64,000 nucleotides of DNA from Mobula birostris (GCF_030028105.1 NC_092374.1:178832057-178896056), one strand, 5' to 3'; positions 1 to 12,559 are shown, counted from the stretch's first letter. Program-made: numbers and translations. The notes: generated by a model not told the origin, from the sequence alone.

Positions 1-280
1 AAATGGTAATGAATGGAATGTATTCACTTGTCTCAAAACCTTCTCACTAGAAATCAGAAATATAAGTAACTAATATAATCTCAGGTAGGAGTAAGGAAAA
101 ATGTTCACTCCTGATGTCTGGGCAGAGGATGGAAATCCCTGGTATAAGCAGATGTGAGGCAGCTTTTGGGACCACTGTGTGAGTCTATGTCACCCATCAA
201 ACAAGTAGAAAACAAGCTGCAGGAAGAAGTTTACCACGGTTATCTTGACTGTGCATCTTCCCACCCGAAGGAGTTAGCAC

Positions 281-455
281 ATTCTGCCTGTGACCGCGTG
301 GGTTTCCTCCCACAGTCCAAGAATGTACCGGATTGTAGGTTAATTGATCATTGTAAATTGTCCTGTGATTAGGCTAGGATTAAGTTTGGAGATTGCTGGG
401 TGGCATGACTCGAAAGGCGTATTCTGCACTGTATCTCAATAAATAAATAAATAAA
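281..455 (+). mobile_element. V-SINE (HE1-like) fragment
   Basis: Core GTGGGTTTCCTCCCACAGTCCAAG..TAGGTTAATTGATCATTGTAAATTGTCC resembles the vertebrate V-SINE central domain; related copies at about 7192 and 37280. Boundaries approximate. Confidence 0.55.
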
Positions 456-539
456 ATGAATGATAGAAAGATTGATAGATATATATATAAATAAATAAAC
501 AAACAAAGTGCTATTCCCTTTTCTCAGTTCATTCATCCC

Positions 540-1510
540 CATCCTGTTCCCAGGATGTGGCTTTGCTTTCCAGGTTATCAGAGATGTTGTCCTCCTTCAA
601 AGAATGGGGTTTCCCTTCCTCCACTATTGATGCTGCCCTCACCTGCAATTCCCCCTGTTTCCTGAACATCCGTTGTCACCCCATCTTCCCACTGCCTTAA
701 CAGTGATAGTTTCTCCTGCCTTTACCTACTACCCACCTGTGAGCCTCCGCATCCAGCACACATCTTTACCCCTCCCCCTCCCCTGCACACTTTCTCCACT
801 TTCTGCAGGGATCCCTTGTCCATTTGTTCCTCCCCGCTAATCTCCGTCCCGACACTTATCCCTGCTAGCGGCCAAAGTGCTACACCTGCCCATTCACCTC
901 CTCCCTCACCTCCATTCAGGACCCCAAACAGTCTTTCCAGGTGAGGCGACACTTCCAGGTGGGTCGTCTACATTGGTGAGACCTGCCGTAAACTGGGGGA
1001 CAGCTTCGTTCAGCACCTCTGCTCCATCCACCGAAGGCAGGACTTCCCAGAGGCCAAACACCTGAATTCGGATACCCATTCCTGTTCTGACCTGCTGGTC
1101 CACGGCCTCTTCTTGTGGCAATATGCGGCCACCCTCAGGAGAAGCAATACTTATATTTCAACTGCAATAAATATTTATTTCTTCTTCTGGTAAAAATATT
1201 TTTCTCTCTCCCTACCGTCTCTTCTGTTTCCCACTCTGGCCTCTTACCTCTTCTCAAATGCTTATTACCTCCCCCTAGGTCCTCTCCTCCTTCCCTTTCT
1301 CCTATGGTCCACTCTCCTCTCCTATCAGATTCCTTCCTCTTCTGCACTTTACCTTTCCAACGCACCTGGCTTGACCTATCAACTTCTAGCTATCCTCCTT
1401 CCCCTCCCCCCTACCTTTTTATTCTAGTGTTTTCCCACTTCCTTTACAGTCCTGAAGAAGGGTCTCAGCCCAAAACATCGACTGTACATTCATTTCCATG
1501 GATACTGCCT
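540..1510 (+). mobile_element. Penelope-like element 3' fragment (degenerate GIY-YIG region plus terminal repeat)
   Basis: Frameshifted translation gives KCYTCPFTSSLTSIQ.PKQSFQVR..IGETCRKLGDRFV.HLCSIH, typical of the Penelope GIY-YIG domain. Ends in the CAGTCCTGAAGAAGGGTCTCAGCCC.. terminal motif. The tail is interrupted at about 1511 by a Rex fragment and resumes at about 1869. Confidence 0.7.
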
Positions 1511-1511
1511 G

Positions 1512-1868
1512 CTGGTGTCTGAAAGGAGGATGCTGTCCAAGTTGCATGCCATCTTGGTCAATGTCTCCCATCCACTACATAATATACTGGGTGGGCACAG
1601 GAGTACATTCAGCCAGAGACTCAATCCACCGAGATGCAGCACTGAGCGTCATAGGAAGTCATTCCTGCCTGTGGCCATCAAACTTTACAACTCCTCCCTT
1701 GGAGGGTCAGACATCCTGAGCCAATAGGCTGGTCCTGGACTTTATTTCCTGGCGTAATTTACATATTACTATTTACCTATTTATGGATTTATTACTGTTT
1801 AATTATTTATGGTGCAACTGTAACGGAAACCAATTTCCCCCGGCATCAATAAAGCATGACTATGACTG
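1512..1868 (+). mobile_element. Rex1/Babar-clade LINE 3' end nested in the Penelope-derived tail
   Basis: ORF 1515-1727 (SERRMLSKLHAILVNVSHPLHNIL..RKSFLPVAIKLYN) is nearly identical to the C-terminus of the LINE at 10805-11176. Ends with AATAAAG plus (ATGACT)n. Confidence 0.8.
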
Positions 1869-4451
1869 ACCTGCTGAGTTTCTCCAGCATTTTGTCAGTG
1901 TTGCAGGAAGAACTCACTGAATCAGGCAACGTCTGTAGAGGGAGGTAGTCCAGATAGTTTTGACCTAAAACATCAACTATCTGTCCATTTCCCTCCACAG
2001 ACACCGCCTAACCTTCTGAGTTCTCCCAGTTGCTTCTTTGTTGTTCACATTCAAGCACCTGCAGTCTCTAGTGCAAGGACTCGAGGGCCTGAGTTGTAGG
2101 GAACATTGGGCAGGCCAGGACTTTAACCCTTGATGTATAAGAGATTGAGGGGTGACCTTAGAGAGATGTATAAAATCACGAGGAGAACACACACAATCTT
2201 CTTTCCGAAGAAAGTAATAAAAAAAAACTAGCAGGCATAGGTTTAAAGAGAGGTGAGCAATTTTAAAGGGATCTGCAAGGTAACAGAGGGTGGTGTGTTT
2301 ATGGAATAAGTTGTATGAGAAAGTGTTTGAGGCAGGTAAAATAAACTATTAAAAAGACACCTGAATGGTTACAGAGATAGGAATGGTTTAACAGAGAACG
2401 GGGAAAGCAGAAGAGTACAGCATAGGAACAGGCCTTACAGCCCAAAGTGTCTGCGTAAAACAAGATACCAAATTAAACTAATTCTCTTCTGATTCCAACA
2501 GATCCATATTTCTCTACTCCTGGATATTCTTGTTTTTATCTAACAGTTTTTTAAATGCTGTTATTGGAATTGAATTCACCACCACAACCTCTAGCAGCTT
2601 GTTCTAAGAACCTACCATGCTCTGTATGAAAAATATGTCCTTTAAAGTTTCGCACTTTAAATCCATGTCTTCTACAACTTAAGATTTCTTCTCTGAGGAA
2701 GTGATTCCTACCATCAACCTATCGTAGTTTTATAAACTATGAGGTCTCCCAGCCTCTGCTGCTCCAGAAAATACAACCCAAGTTTACCAAAGTTCAAAGT
2801 AAATTTATTATCAAAGTACATGCTGTATATGTCACCCTATACAACCCTGAGATTCTATTTCTTGTAGGCATACTCAACAAATCTGTAGAACCATAACAGA
2901 ATCAATGAAGTATCTATGGAAATGAATCAACAGTCGATGTTTTGGGCTGAGACCCTTCTTCAGGACTGAGAAGGAAGGGGGAAAACACCAGAATGAAAAG
3001 ATGGGGGGGGGGAGGAGGATAGCTAGAAGGTGATGGGTTAAGCCATGTGTGTTAGAAAGGTAAAGTGCAGGAGAGGAAGGAATCTGATTGAGGGGAGTGG
3101 ACCATCGGAGAAAGGGAAGGAGGAGGGGACCCAGGGGGAGATGATAGGCAGATGAGAAAGGGCATTCAACCTATGTGCAAAAGACAACAAACTGTACAAA
3201 TAAAAAAGGATAGAGCTAATAATATTTATTAATTAAACTATATCGAGAACATAACATGGAGAGTCCATTGGTTGGGAACATTTCAATGATAGAGCGAGTA
3301 AAGTTATCCCCTTTGAAGGGAAGAAACTCTTCCTGAACCTGGTGGTGTGAGTCCTGAGGCTCCTGACCTCCTTCCTGATGGCAGCAGCAAAAAGAGATCA
3401 TGTCCTGGGTGATGGGAGTCCCCGATGATGGATGCTGGTTTCCTGCATCAGTGTTTCATGTAGATGTGCTCAGCGGTGGGGAAGGCTTTACCCATAATGA
3501 GCTGGGCCATATCCACTACCATCTGTAGGATTTTCCATCCAGCCTCTCCATATAACTCATCGCTCTAATCCAGGCAGTACCTGGTGAACATCTGCTGCAC
3601 CCTTCCCAAAGCCCTACCTTCTTCCTGTAGTGGAGTGACTAGAATTGCCCTTAGAGGAAGAATGTGGAGCCTTTGAGCCATTTAGAGGAATATAAGCCAA
3701 ACACAAGCAAATGGCAACAAAAGAGACTGCAGATGTTGTAATTTAGAACAACAAACAAAACACTGGTGGAACTCAGTGGGTCAGACAGCATCTGTGGAGG
3801 GGAATGGACTGTAAAAGTTTCAGGTTCAGATCCCTCAACTGGTCTGGAAGAGAAGGGGAAGCAATCAGTATTGAAAGGCAGAGGGAAGGGGTGGAGCAAG
3901 AGTTGGCAGGTGACGGGTGAATCCAGGTGAGGGGAGGGAAGTGACAGGCAAATGGGAAAAGCAGAAGTAGAATGGCATTAACAACGTGGAGTCAATGGGT
4001 GGAAGTGATGATGAGGTGAAGGTTTGGAACCTGACAGGAGAGGGAAGTGGAGCATGAAATAAAGGGAGGGGATCCAGTCGGAGGAGTGTGTGGGTGATAG
4101 GCAGATGGAGAGGGTGAGGAAAGGAAAGAGATCGAGCGATGGAGGGGAGCATGTCAGGAGGAGAGAGGAAAGCGACAGAGCCCTGCAGAAAGATCTTGGC
4201 ACAAATTGTCGACTGCACGTTTTTTCCATACATGCTGTCTGGCTGGCTGAGTTTCTCCAGCATTTTGTATGCATTGAAGGGACAGAGGGGGACCAATTAA
4301 GGAAACATCTGCGCCTTTTGTGTCTCAATGCCTACGCGCTGAGGTGACATCTGAGGTTCTCTTTGGAGATGCGACTATCTTAGATGAGTTTCTAGTTCAA
4401 CATGAGCTAAGCACATCAGAGCACTCTGATCCATACCGTATTGCAATGCAT

Positions 4452-4478
4452 GATTTTTTTTTGTTGTTTTGTTTACAG
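4452..4478 (+). promoter_or_regulatory. Splice acceptor for the ZNF coding exon
   Basis: T-rich tract GATTTTTTTTTGTTGTTTTGTTTACAG ending at 4478, 13 nt before ATG 4492. This implies an upstream exon, which I did not identify. Confidence 0.7.
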
Positions 4479-4491
4479 ACTGCATTGGGGG

Positions 4492-5664
4492 ATGGAGAGT
4501 CACTGGGAATGGACTGCACTTGACGAACGCCAGGGCTCCCAGCGAGGACGCCCCTCGGTTTCCCAGAGCAATTGCCCAGTGGCTGCGATGTCACGCCATT
4601 TCCTGACGGGGAAGAAGCCATACAAGTGTGAGCTGTGCAGCTGGACCTTTGCCCAGCCCTCCGACCTGGGTGCCCACCTGCGGATGCACACGGGTGAGAG
4701 GCCGTTCCGGTGTGAAGTGTGCGGCAAGAGCTTCAGCCATTCCTCCAGCCTGGTGAAGCACCGTCATGTCCACACTGGCGAGCGGCTCTTCCAGTGCAAG
4801 GTGTGTGAGCAGGCGTTCGCGCAGGCCACCGCCCTCCTGCAGCACTGGCGCCTGCACACGGGCGAGAAGCCCTTCCAATGCAAGACGTGCCGCAGCACCT
4901 TCACCAAGCAGTCGCAACTGGTGCTGCACCGGCGCAGTCACGCCGGCGGCCGGGGCTTCAGGTGCAAGGTGTGTGGCAAGGCATTCATGACGCCAGCCCG
5001 GCTGGCTGAGCACAAGTGCGTCCCCAAGGACGGGCGGCTTTTCCGCTGCGAGACGTGCGGCAAGGACTTCTGCAGCGCTGCCTACCTGGTGGTGCACCAG
5101 CGCCTCCATACCGGCGAGAGGCCCTTCCGCTGCGAGGTCTGCAGCAAAGCCTTCGGCAGCCTCTCCTACCTACGCATCCACCGACGCAGCCACGCCCAGG
5201 TAAAGCCCTTCCACTGCGACGTCTGCGGCAAGGTGTTCTGCAACGTCTCCTACCTCCGCATCCACCAGCGCAGCCACACGGGCGAGAGGCCCTTCCGCTG
5301 TGAGACCTGTGACCGGGACTTCTGCAGTGCATCCTACTTGGTGATCCACCGGCGCATCCACACAGGGGAGAGGCCGTTCCACTGCGAGGCCTGTGATAAG
5401 GCCTTCCTCAGCTCGTCCTACTTCCTCAAGCACCAGTGCGTCCCGACGGGGGACAAGCCCCTGAAGTGTGAGTTCTGCAACAGGGGCTTCACGCAGCTGG
5501 CACACCTCCTCAAGCACCAGCGCACCCACACTGGCGACAGGCGCTTCCAGTGCGACTTCTGCCAGCACTGCTTCACCTATTCCTCCTCCCTGGAGATACA
5601 CAGGCACACCCACTCCGCAGAGAAACCTCCCATCCTCCCTTCAAGCAAGCCAAAGAGTACCTGA
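4492..5664 (+). CDS. C2H2 zinc-finger protein, 12 tandem fingers (about 390 aa), no KRAB/SCAN/BTB domain visible
   Basis: Uninterrupted GC- and CpG-rich ORF with 12 C-x2-C-x12-H-x3-H type units and TGE(K/R)PF linkers. ATG 4492 is in good Kozak context (GGGATGG). The ORF-track start at 4441 lies in the intron. An upstream coding exon cannot be excluded. Confidence 0.93.
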   Translation: MESHWEWTALDERQGSQRGRPSVSQSNCPVAAMSRHFLTGKKPYKCELCSWTFAQPSDLGAHLRMHTGERPFRCEVCGKSFSHSSSLVKHRHVHTGERLFQCKVCEQAFAQATALLQHWRLHTGEKPFQCKTCRSTFTKQSQLVLHRRSHAGGRGFRCKVCGKAFMTPARLAEHKCVPKDGRLFRCETCGKDFCSAAYLVVHQRLHTGERPFRCEVCSKAFGSLSYLRIHRRSHAQVKPFHCDVCGKVFCNVSYLRIHQRSHTGERPFRCETCDRDFCSASYLVIHRRIHTGERPFHCEACDKAFLSSSYFLKHQCVPTGDKPLKCEFCNRGFTQLAHLLKHQRTHTGDRRFQCDFCQHCFTYSSSLEIHRHTHSAEKPPILPSSKPKST

Positions 5665-7030
5665 GGGCAGCGATTATGGAAAAAGCCTGGCCCAAAGAGT
5701 CAAATCAACACCACTTTCCAGAGGGTATTGGAAATGCTCCTTGAGAAGGGAAGACTTGTAGATCTCCAGAGGAGGAGGAGGAAAAGAGTTAGTTGATTAA
5801 CTCAAAAGAGCGGACACAGGGAAGGTTGAATGCTGAAAAGCTTCTGGATGGGTACCTGCCAAACTGTACTGATAACGCTCTGTCATAATACACTGGTAGG
5901 CCCACACTCAAAGATGGTTGTGGGAAGAATTGTCAGCATTGGAAGTATTGGCGTCACCTGTCACCTTAATCGTGTATATTCTTGGAGGAATGAGGGTAAA
6001 ACTGGGGGTAAATCTAGAATACGTACCATAAGCAGGTCAAAAATCTCCGCAGGGGTATGTTCCCCCCATTTACCTCACTTTAATAAGGATGTTGTATTCC
6101 AGGAACTCCACATCCTAACTGATGGAAGATTTTCCCTTCAAAATTTCCACTTTTAAAAGCTGGTCCAAAAGCAAAATAGTACAGCTGCTGCAAATCTGAA
6201 GTTAAAGCGGAGACATGGAACAAGTCTGACGGTATCCACTGGATGGAGATACAGGGTTAACACATCTGGCTTTCATCAAAGTCGATATCTTGCTTTACAT
6301 TTATTTGGTCAGTGAAATTGTAGCTACTGTATCAGTCCAGCCATTTGAATGACACCATTATGGTGTACATATATTCTCAGTGGGAACTGATTGCTGATTG
6401 GAGAATTAACAAACTTTTTGCTGGAAGGGCTGTTTTTGGGGTCTTTGATGGCACACCCAGTTTTCCTTCCGTTGTGGCAAATACAAATATGTTGCTGTTG
6501 TTGGACAGGATCTTCGGTCTCTGGAAGTTTTCTGCACTGAGACACATGTGATCAGACATGCATGAGATTAGCAAGTGAAGGTGTAAGAGGAGCACAACCC
6601 TTCCCATAATTTTTAGAAACCAAATGAATGGAGTGTTTGGGCACAGCACACGCCCAGCCCACAACACCAGGGAAGAGGGCTCATCACTGTTCAACTCCGT
6701 TGTCGAGGGAGATGCAAAAGAGAAGAGTTCAGTACTAAACACAGGTGTACATACTCTATCAGAAGAACATATATCAAGAAACTTGAGTTTACCTCAGAAT
6801 GTATTTTGCCCAGCTAATGTTCAATGTAGTGTAATGTTTTCTAGGAGTCTAAAACATGTATTGTTGCCACCTGGGAGATGTGCCCTGTGAATTTTGCATT
6901 GTTTTGGTTTTAGAAATTGCTCTAAATATTAGTGTTGGTAATATTGCATGCTGTTTCCCTGCTTACGTTTGCATACATTTATACTGTGCAGTAAATTTGA
7001 TACTTGGCTTTATCCAGACTCTTTGGCTTG
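5665..7030 (+). other. Probable 3' UTR of the ZNF gene
   Basis: Mostly non-repetitive sequence after the stop codon, with a U-rich distal part and only a variant AGTAAA signal near 6990. No transcript evidence. Confidence 0.35.
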
Positions 7031-7191
7031 TAAAAGTTTCTTTTCCCACCTTTTCACAATGGAGGCATACACAAGCTGCTGCTGTGAAGTAGCTGGTGGT
7101 TCCCCACCGCGTTCCCAGGATGGGCACTAAATGCCGAACCTTTCAGTGATACCCATAATCCAAAAGGAAAGGTAAGCAGGTTACTCCCCAC

Positions 7192-7440
7192 AGGGCAGCA
7201 CAGTGGCTCAGCTTGTAGAGCTGAGTTCAGTCCCAACTTCCGGCACCATCTACGCACCTTCTCCCTGTGACCCCGAGTGTTTCCGCTGGCTGCTTCGATT
7301 TCCTTCCACGTCCCAAAGACATGCAGACTGATGAGTTGGTTGGCCACTGTAAATTTCCCCCAGAGTGTGGGTCAGTGGTAGGACTTGGGGGTGGGGATCG
7401 ATGGGAAAGTAGGGATAATATAAGAATGGGATTAGTTTAG
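7192..7440 (+). mobile_element. V-SINE (tRNA-head) copy
   Basis: GGGCAGCACAGTGGCTCAG A-box-like head plus V-core CGTCCCAAAGACATGC..TTGGCCACTGTAAATTTCCCC. Confidence 0.65.
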
Positions 7441-8329
7441 CAACTGTGTGGTGGAGGAAATTAGAAGGTCAGGCAGTATCTGTGAATGGAAATGAATAGT
7501 TGATGCTTTGGGCCTCGACCACTCATGGGGTCTCGAAAGGAAGGGGGCAGAAGACAGAGAGAGAGGGCGGGAGAAGTGGGGGGGGGAGTACGAGCTGGCA
7601 AGTGATAGGTGAGTCCACGTGAGAGGGGGAAGGTGGATAGGTGGGGCTGGGTGGATGAAAGACGATGCTATGAGAATTTCAGATGATGGACAAAGAGATA
7701 AAGGGCAGAAGATGAAGCAGTCGAATAGGAGAGAACAGTGCACTGAGAATAAAGGGAAGGATGGGCAATGGAAGGACAAGGGGTGAAATGCAACTAGAAT
7801 TGGAAAATTGGTTCAAACAGATGGGACTGCTTATGGTGGATGCTGCCTAACATGCTAAGTTCCTCTAGAATTTCAAGTGTGTTGCTCAAGATTTCCAGGA
7901 TCTACAGTACCTCCTGTGTCTCTGGGATTAGTGTGACTAGGTGTTCAGTGATTGGCATGGATTTAAAGGTCCTCTTTCTGTCCTGTATCGCTGTCTGTAC
8001 AATGGTATAGGTGCAGACTACAGCGCAACTGTACGCTTTTTCTGAGTTTCTTTCCTTCCCTTTGCAATGATCCTGCACACCTTATTTGCCCTCTTCTTAC
8101 ACAATCCCTGGGGATGGAGGGTAACCTGATTCCACTACGGTTCTGTGGGATCTGCAGATAGTGATGTGGAACACATGGACTCTTCCACTGATAAGATAAG
8201 ATAAAGCTTTATTTATCCCAGAGGAAATTATTGTTGCAAGGTTGCTCAGTCAGAAATATATACTTGGAAATATATTGAGGTATGAAAAAATACAAAATGT
8301 GCATTAAAACGTAAATAGTGTAAAATACA

Positions 8330-9020
8330 TGTAGCCCCCCCCCCCCCCGGCAAGTCTCAGGGTCACTAAACTCACTGTCGTCTGGGGAAACAGCCCCCAG
8401 ACTGGGTACTTAAGTTTGTGTGGATGCTGTGTGATGTACCCCACCCCGCCAAATAACAGACAATACACCAGATACGATTAAATAAATTACAGTTTATAGA
8501 TATTACTGGAACTATATAATTAATAGAGATAAAATATAAAGGAAAATAAAAGGCGCCAATTTAGCAAAGTTCAATCTCTTTATGCACAAACAGTTGGAGC
8601 TCTAGTAACGACCCTGTCTTCGCCATTCAATCCCCTCTGACCACCTCGACCTGCCGCCTGGGACCAACCACGGTGGTGGACCAGACGCTCCACACGAGTC
8701 TGTCTCCGTCTCCTCTCCTCGCCGAAAACCCTGGACCTTGGACTCCTGCTTGGGATCTGACCCCGTTAGCCGGCTCACAGCACCTTGTCCATCCTCTCTC
8801 TCTCTCTCTCTCTCGCGCCTTCTGCCCAAAAACCCGCGCATCACAATAACTTGCAGACACACTGGAAAGAATAACATCTATCCCAATTGGTTCGTTTACT
8901 CTATTATCAATAATATAACCCAAACAAGCTGCTAGCGAGAGAACTTTCTCAGCTTTTAACATAACAAAGAATTCATTTTAATTAGCCTACACAGTAACAT
9001 AAAAGAATAAACCCCTTACA
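8330..9020 (-). mobile_element. Solo LTR (about 691 bp)
   Basis: TGTA..TACA termini with a 4-bp TSD TACA (8326-8329 and 9021-9024). Interrupts a LINE 3' tail. Orientation is inferred. Confidence 0.7.
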
Positions 9021-9559
9021 TACAGATGTGCAATGAAGCCGTATACTTATATACTTAAGGAGAAGGAGATGTGGTGTCTTATAGCCACAGGGAGAAAGGA
9101 TCTCCTCTGGCATTCAGTGGTGCACCTTGGTGGACTGATGCCGGTAGTCATCGGAAGGGGGATTCAGGGATTTGGGAAGTAGTCCATCTGCTTCAGGGTT
9201 TGTCTTTATTTTCTTACACATTGGGGCAATCTGTACAGTCCTGATGAAGAGTCTCACCCCAAAATATTGACTATTCATTTCCTTCCATAGGTGCTCTCTT
9301 GACATGCTGGGTTGACCCAGCCAGCACTTGGTGTGTGTGTTGCTGTACATATCGAATGTCAGCCCCTTCTTTCCTTATGCTTCGGTGAGCAAGTTGATAA
9401 TGGCTTCGAGCTTGGCTTTGTCTGCATAAGTGCAGCTTAAGTATTGCAGGTCAGCCAACCAACTTGCTATAGTGTAATCACTACAGTTTGAACGGATTTC
9501 CATTGCTTCTGAAGCCTGGCTCTATTCCAGTGTGAAAGCTGGATGAGGTGAGGAAAATT

Positions 9560-10050
9560 GGGAAGAGTGTAGGTGCTTGTTTGACACTGTTCCTGTGCTT
9601 ACTGTGAACACGGCGCAGCATATCACACAAACCAATCTTCTGTCCTTGGACTCACTTTACACCGCACGCTGTTGGAGCAGTGCTGTCAGGATAATCAAGG
9701 ACATGGCCCACCCAGCAAATACACTTTTCATCCCTCTTCCCTCCAGGAGGAGGCTCAGGAGCTTGAAGACTCGTACGGCCAGATTTGGGAACTGCTTCTT
9801 TTCAACTGTGATAAGACTGCTGAACGGATCTGGGCCATACCCTCCAAATATCCGGACCTGCCTCTCATTTTTTTTTTGCACTACCTTACTTTCGGTTTTT
9901 TTATTTTCTATTTATGATTTATAATTTAAATTTTTAATATTTACTATCAATTTGTAATCCAGGGAGCAGCAACTGCAGAATCAAATATCGCTGTGATGAT
10001 TGTATGTTCTAATATCAATTGTTTGGCGACAATAAAGTATAAAGGATATG
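9560..10050 (+). mobile_element. Rex1/Babar-like LINE 3' fragment
   Basis: ORF 9577-9924 (IIKDMAHPANTLFIPLPSRRRLRSLKTRTARFGNCFF..VIRLLN) is the conserved C-terminus. The same 3' UTR family occurs at about 19380-19620. Confidence 0.7.
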
Positions 10051-10087
10051 AAGTATAAAGTACATTCTATTCTATCTGCAATAAAGT

Positions 10088-10504
10088 TGTCACTGTGGTT
10101 TGTATATGGCCCAAGTGCGGAGTGAGAGACACTGAAGCAGGTTGGTGGTTCACAGAATTTAATGCGAACAGTGTTAAAGGGAAAGGAAAACAATAAACGC
10201 TAGGCCAAACAGGGCCATTAACTAAAACTCTCAAATGGAAAATGAAGCCTAACTGCGACTGAAAAGAACAACTAAGAATAGAACAAGTATCGCTAGTCCT
10301 CAGAGTCAGTTGACTGGACAGTTTAATTTTCAGGCAAGTCATAATGCAAGCAAGGCACAGTTGCTGTGTCCAAGTCTCAACAAATACTGTGACAGAATGA
10401 ATGGAGTTAAATACTATCACAATGAAATGATAATTAGTTTACAAATGCATATTCATGAGCGCAATTGCCAAATATACTGCGCTGCCGAATCCGTGGTTGT
10501 GACA
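10088..10504. mobile_element. Possible solo LTR (about 417 bp)
   Basis: TGTCAC..GTGACA inverted termini; flanks AAAGT and AAATT (4/5 match) as a possible TSD. Confidence 0.4.
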
Positions 10505-10585
10505 AAATTCCCCTCATCCATTTACCTTTCTCATTACTTACAGAATCTGTAACTGCCTTTCTCAAAATGAGCAGACTTTCTTTTT

Positions 10586-12445
10586 CATAGTCATAATCAT
10601 ACTTTATTGATCCCTGGGGAAATTGGTTTTCATTACAGTTGCACCATAAATAATAAATAGTAATAGTAATACTACTTTTAGTAAATAGTAATAGTCATGG
10701 AAATAATAAATAGTAATAGAATAGTAATAGAAAAATAGTAATAAATAGTTAAATAGTAATATGTAACTTATGCCAGTAAATTATGAAATAAGTCTGGGAC
10801 CAGTCTATTGGCTCAGGGTATCTGTCCCTCCAAGGGAGGGGTTGTAAAGTTTGATGGCCACAGGCAAGAATGACTTCCTATGATGCTCTGTGCTGCATCT
10901 TGGAGGAATGAGTCTCTGGCTGAATGTACTCCTTTGCCCACCCAGTATATTATGTAGTGGATGGGAGACATTGACCAAGATGGCATGCAACTTAGACAGC
11001 ATCCTCTTTTCAGACACCACCATGAGAGAGTCCAGTTCCATCCCCACAACATCACTGGCCTTACGAATGAGTTTGCTGATTCTGTTGCTGTCTGCTACCC
11101 TCAGCCTGCTGCCCCAGCACACAACAGCAAACATGATCGCACTGGCCACCACAGACTCGTAGAACATCCTCAGCATCGTCCGGCAGATGTTAAAGGACCT
11201 CAGTCTCCTCAGGAATTAGAAACGGCTCTGGCCCTTCTTGTAGACAGCCTCACTGTTCTTAGACCAATCCAGTTTATTGTCGATTTGTATCCCCAGGTAT
11301 TTGTAATCCTCCACCATGTCCACACTGACCCCCTGGATGGAAACAGGGATCACCGGTACCTTAGCTCTCCTCAGGTCTACCACCAGCTCCTTAGACTTTT
11401 TCACATTAAGCTGCAGATAATTCTGCTCACACCATGTGACAAAGTTTCCTACCGTAGCCCTGCACTCAGCCTCATCTCCCTTGCTGATGCATCCAATTAT
11501 GGCAGAGTCATCCGAAAACTTCTGAAGATGACAAGACTCTGTGCAGTAGTTGAAGTCGGAGGTGTAAATGGTGAAGAGAAAGGGAGACAAGACAGTCCCC
11601 TGTGGAGCCCCAGTGCTGCTGATCACTCTGTCGGACACACAGTGTTGCAAGCACACGTACTGTGGTCTGCCAGTCAGGTAATCAAGAATCCATGACACCA
11701 GGGAAGCATCCACCTGCATTGCTGTCAGCTTCTCCCCCAGCAGAGAAGGGAGGATGGTGTTGAACGCACTGGAGAAGTCAAAAAACATGACCCTCACAGT
11801 GCTCGCTGGCTTGTCCAGATGGGCGTAGATACGGTTCAGCAGGTAGACGATGGCATCCTCAACTCCTAGTCGGGGCTGGTAGGCGAACTGGAGGGGATCT
11901 AAGTGTGGCCTGACCATAGGCCGGAGCAGCTCCAGAACAAGTCTCTCCAGGGTCTTCATGATGTGGGAGGTCAATGCCACCGGTCTGTAGTCATTGAGGC
12001 CACTGGGGCGCGGCGTCTTCGGCACAGGGACGAGGCAGGATGTCTTCCACAGTACAGAAACACTCTGGAGCCTCAGGCTCAGGTTGAATACGTGGCGAAG
12101 TATTCCACATAGCTGAGGGGCACAGGCTTTGAGCACCCTGGTACTGACACCATCTGGTCCTGCAGCCTTGCTTGGGTTGAGACGTTTCAGCTGTCTTCTC
12201 ACCTGTTCAGCCATGAAGCCCACCGTGGTGGTTTCGTGTGGGAGAGGGGTATAGTCATGAGAGCAGGGTGGGGGACTGTAAGGAGGGGTAGGAGGGGAGA
12301 GTGGAATATGTGTTGGTTGGGGGCCGACAACAGATGTGAAATCTGTTAAAGAACAGGTTAAGTTCGTTGGCACTGTCCACACTGCCCTCAGCTCCAGTTT
12401 GCCGAAACCCAGTGATGGTCCTCATCCCACTCCAGACCTCTCTCA
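10586..12445 (-). mobile_element. Rex1/Babar-clade LINE, 5'-truncated, reverse transcriptase largely intact
   Basis: ORF 11216-12382 has RT motifs (KAAGPDG, YRPVALTS, DFSSAFNT, GAPQGTVLSP, FSDDS, YKYLG). The C-terminus continues in 10805-11176 after a frameshift or stop, followed by a 3' UTR with AATAAAG and a tandem tail. Confidence 0.9.
10650..10765. repeat. Imperfect (AATAGT)n microsatellite in the LINE 3' UTR
   Basis: Repeated AATAGT/AAATAGTAAT units; the sister copy at about 1760-1790 has only a short version. Confidence 0.7.
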
Positions 12446-12559
12446 TGTTGTTCTGCTGGAGTTCCCACTCAAGCTTCCTCCTGTACCTTTTCTATTGTGT
12501 ATAACCCAGGCTGTGGAGCATGTCACACAACCTTCCCTTCAGCAAAATTTTCATTATAG

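Noticed and set aside
4500-5761. Several overlapping and antisense ORFs across the ZNF exon (up to 172 aa)
   Set aside because: They are by-products of the high-GC, periodic zinc-finger coding sequence and show no independent domain signal.
5830-7130. ORFs of 60-121 aa downstream of the ZNF
   Set aside because: No recognisable domains or consistent splice pattern; composition fits a 3' UTR.
10961-11695. 244-aa plus-strand ORF
   Set aside because: Antisense shadow of the Rex1/Babar RT on the minus strand.
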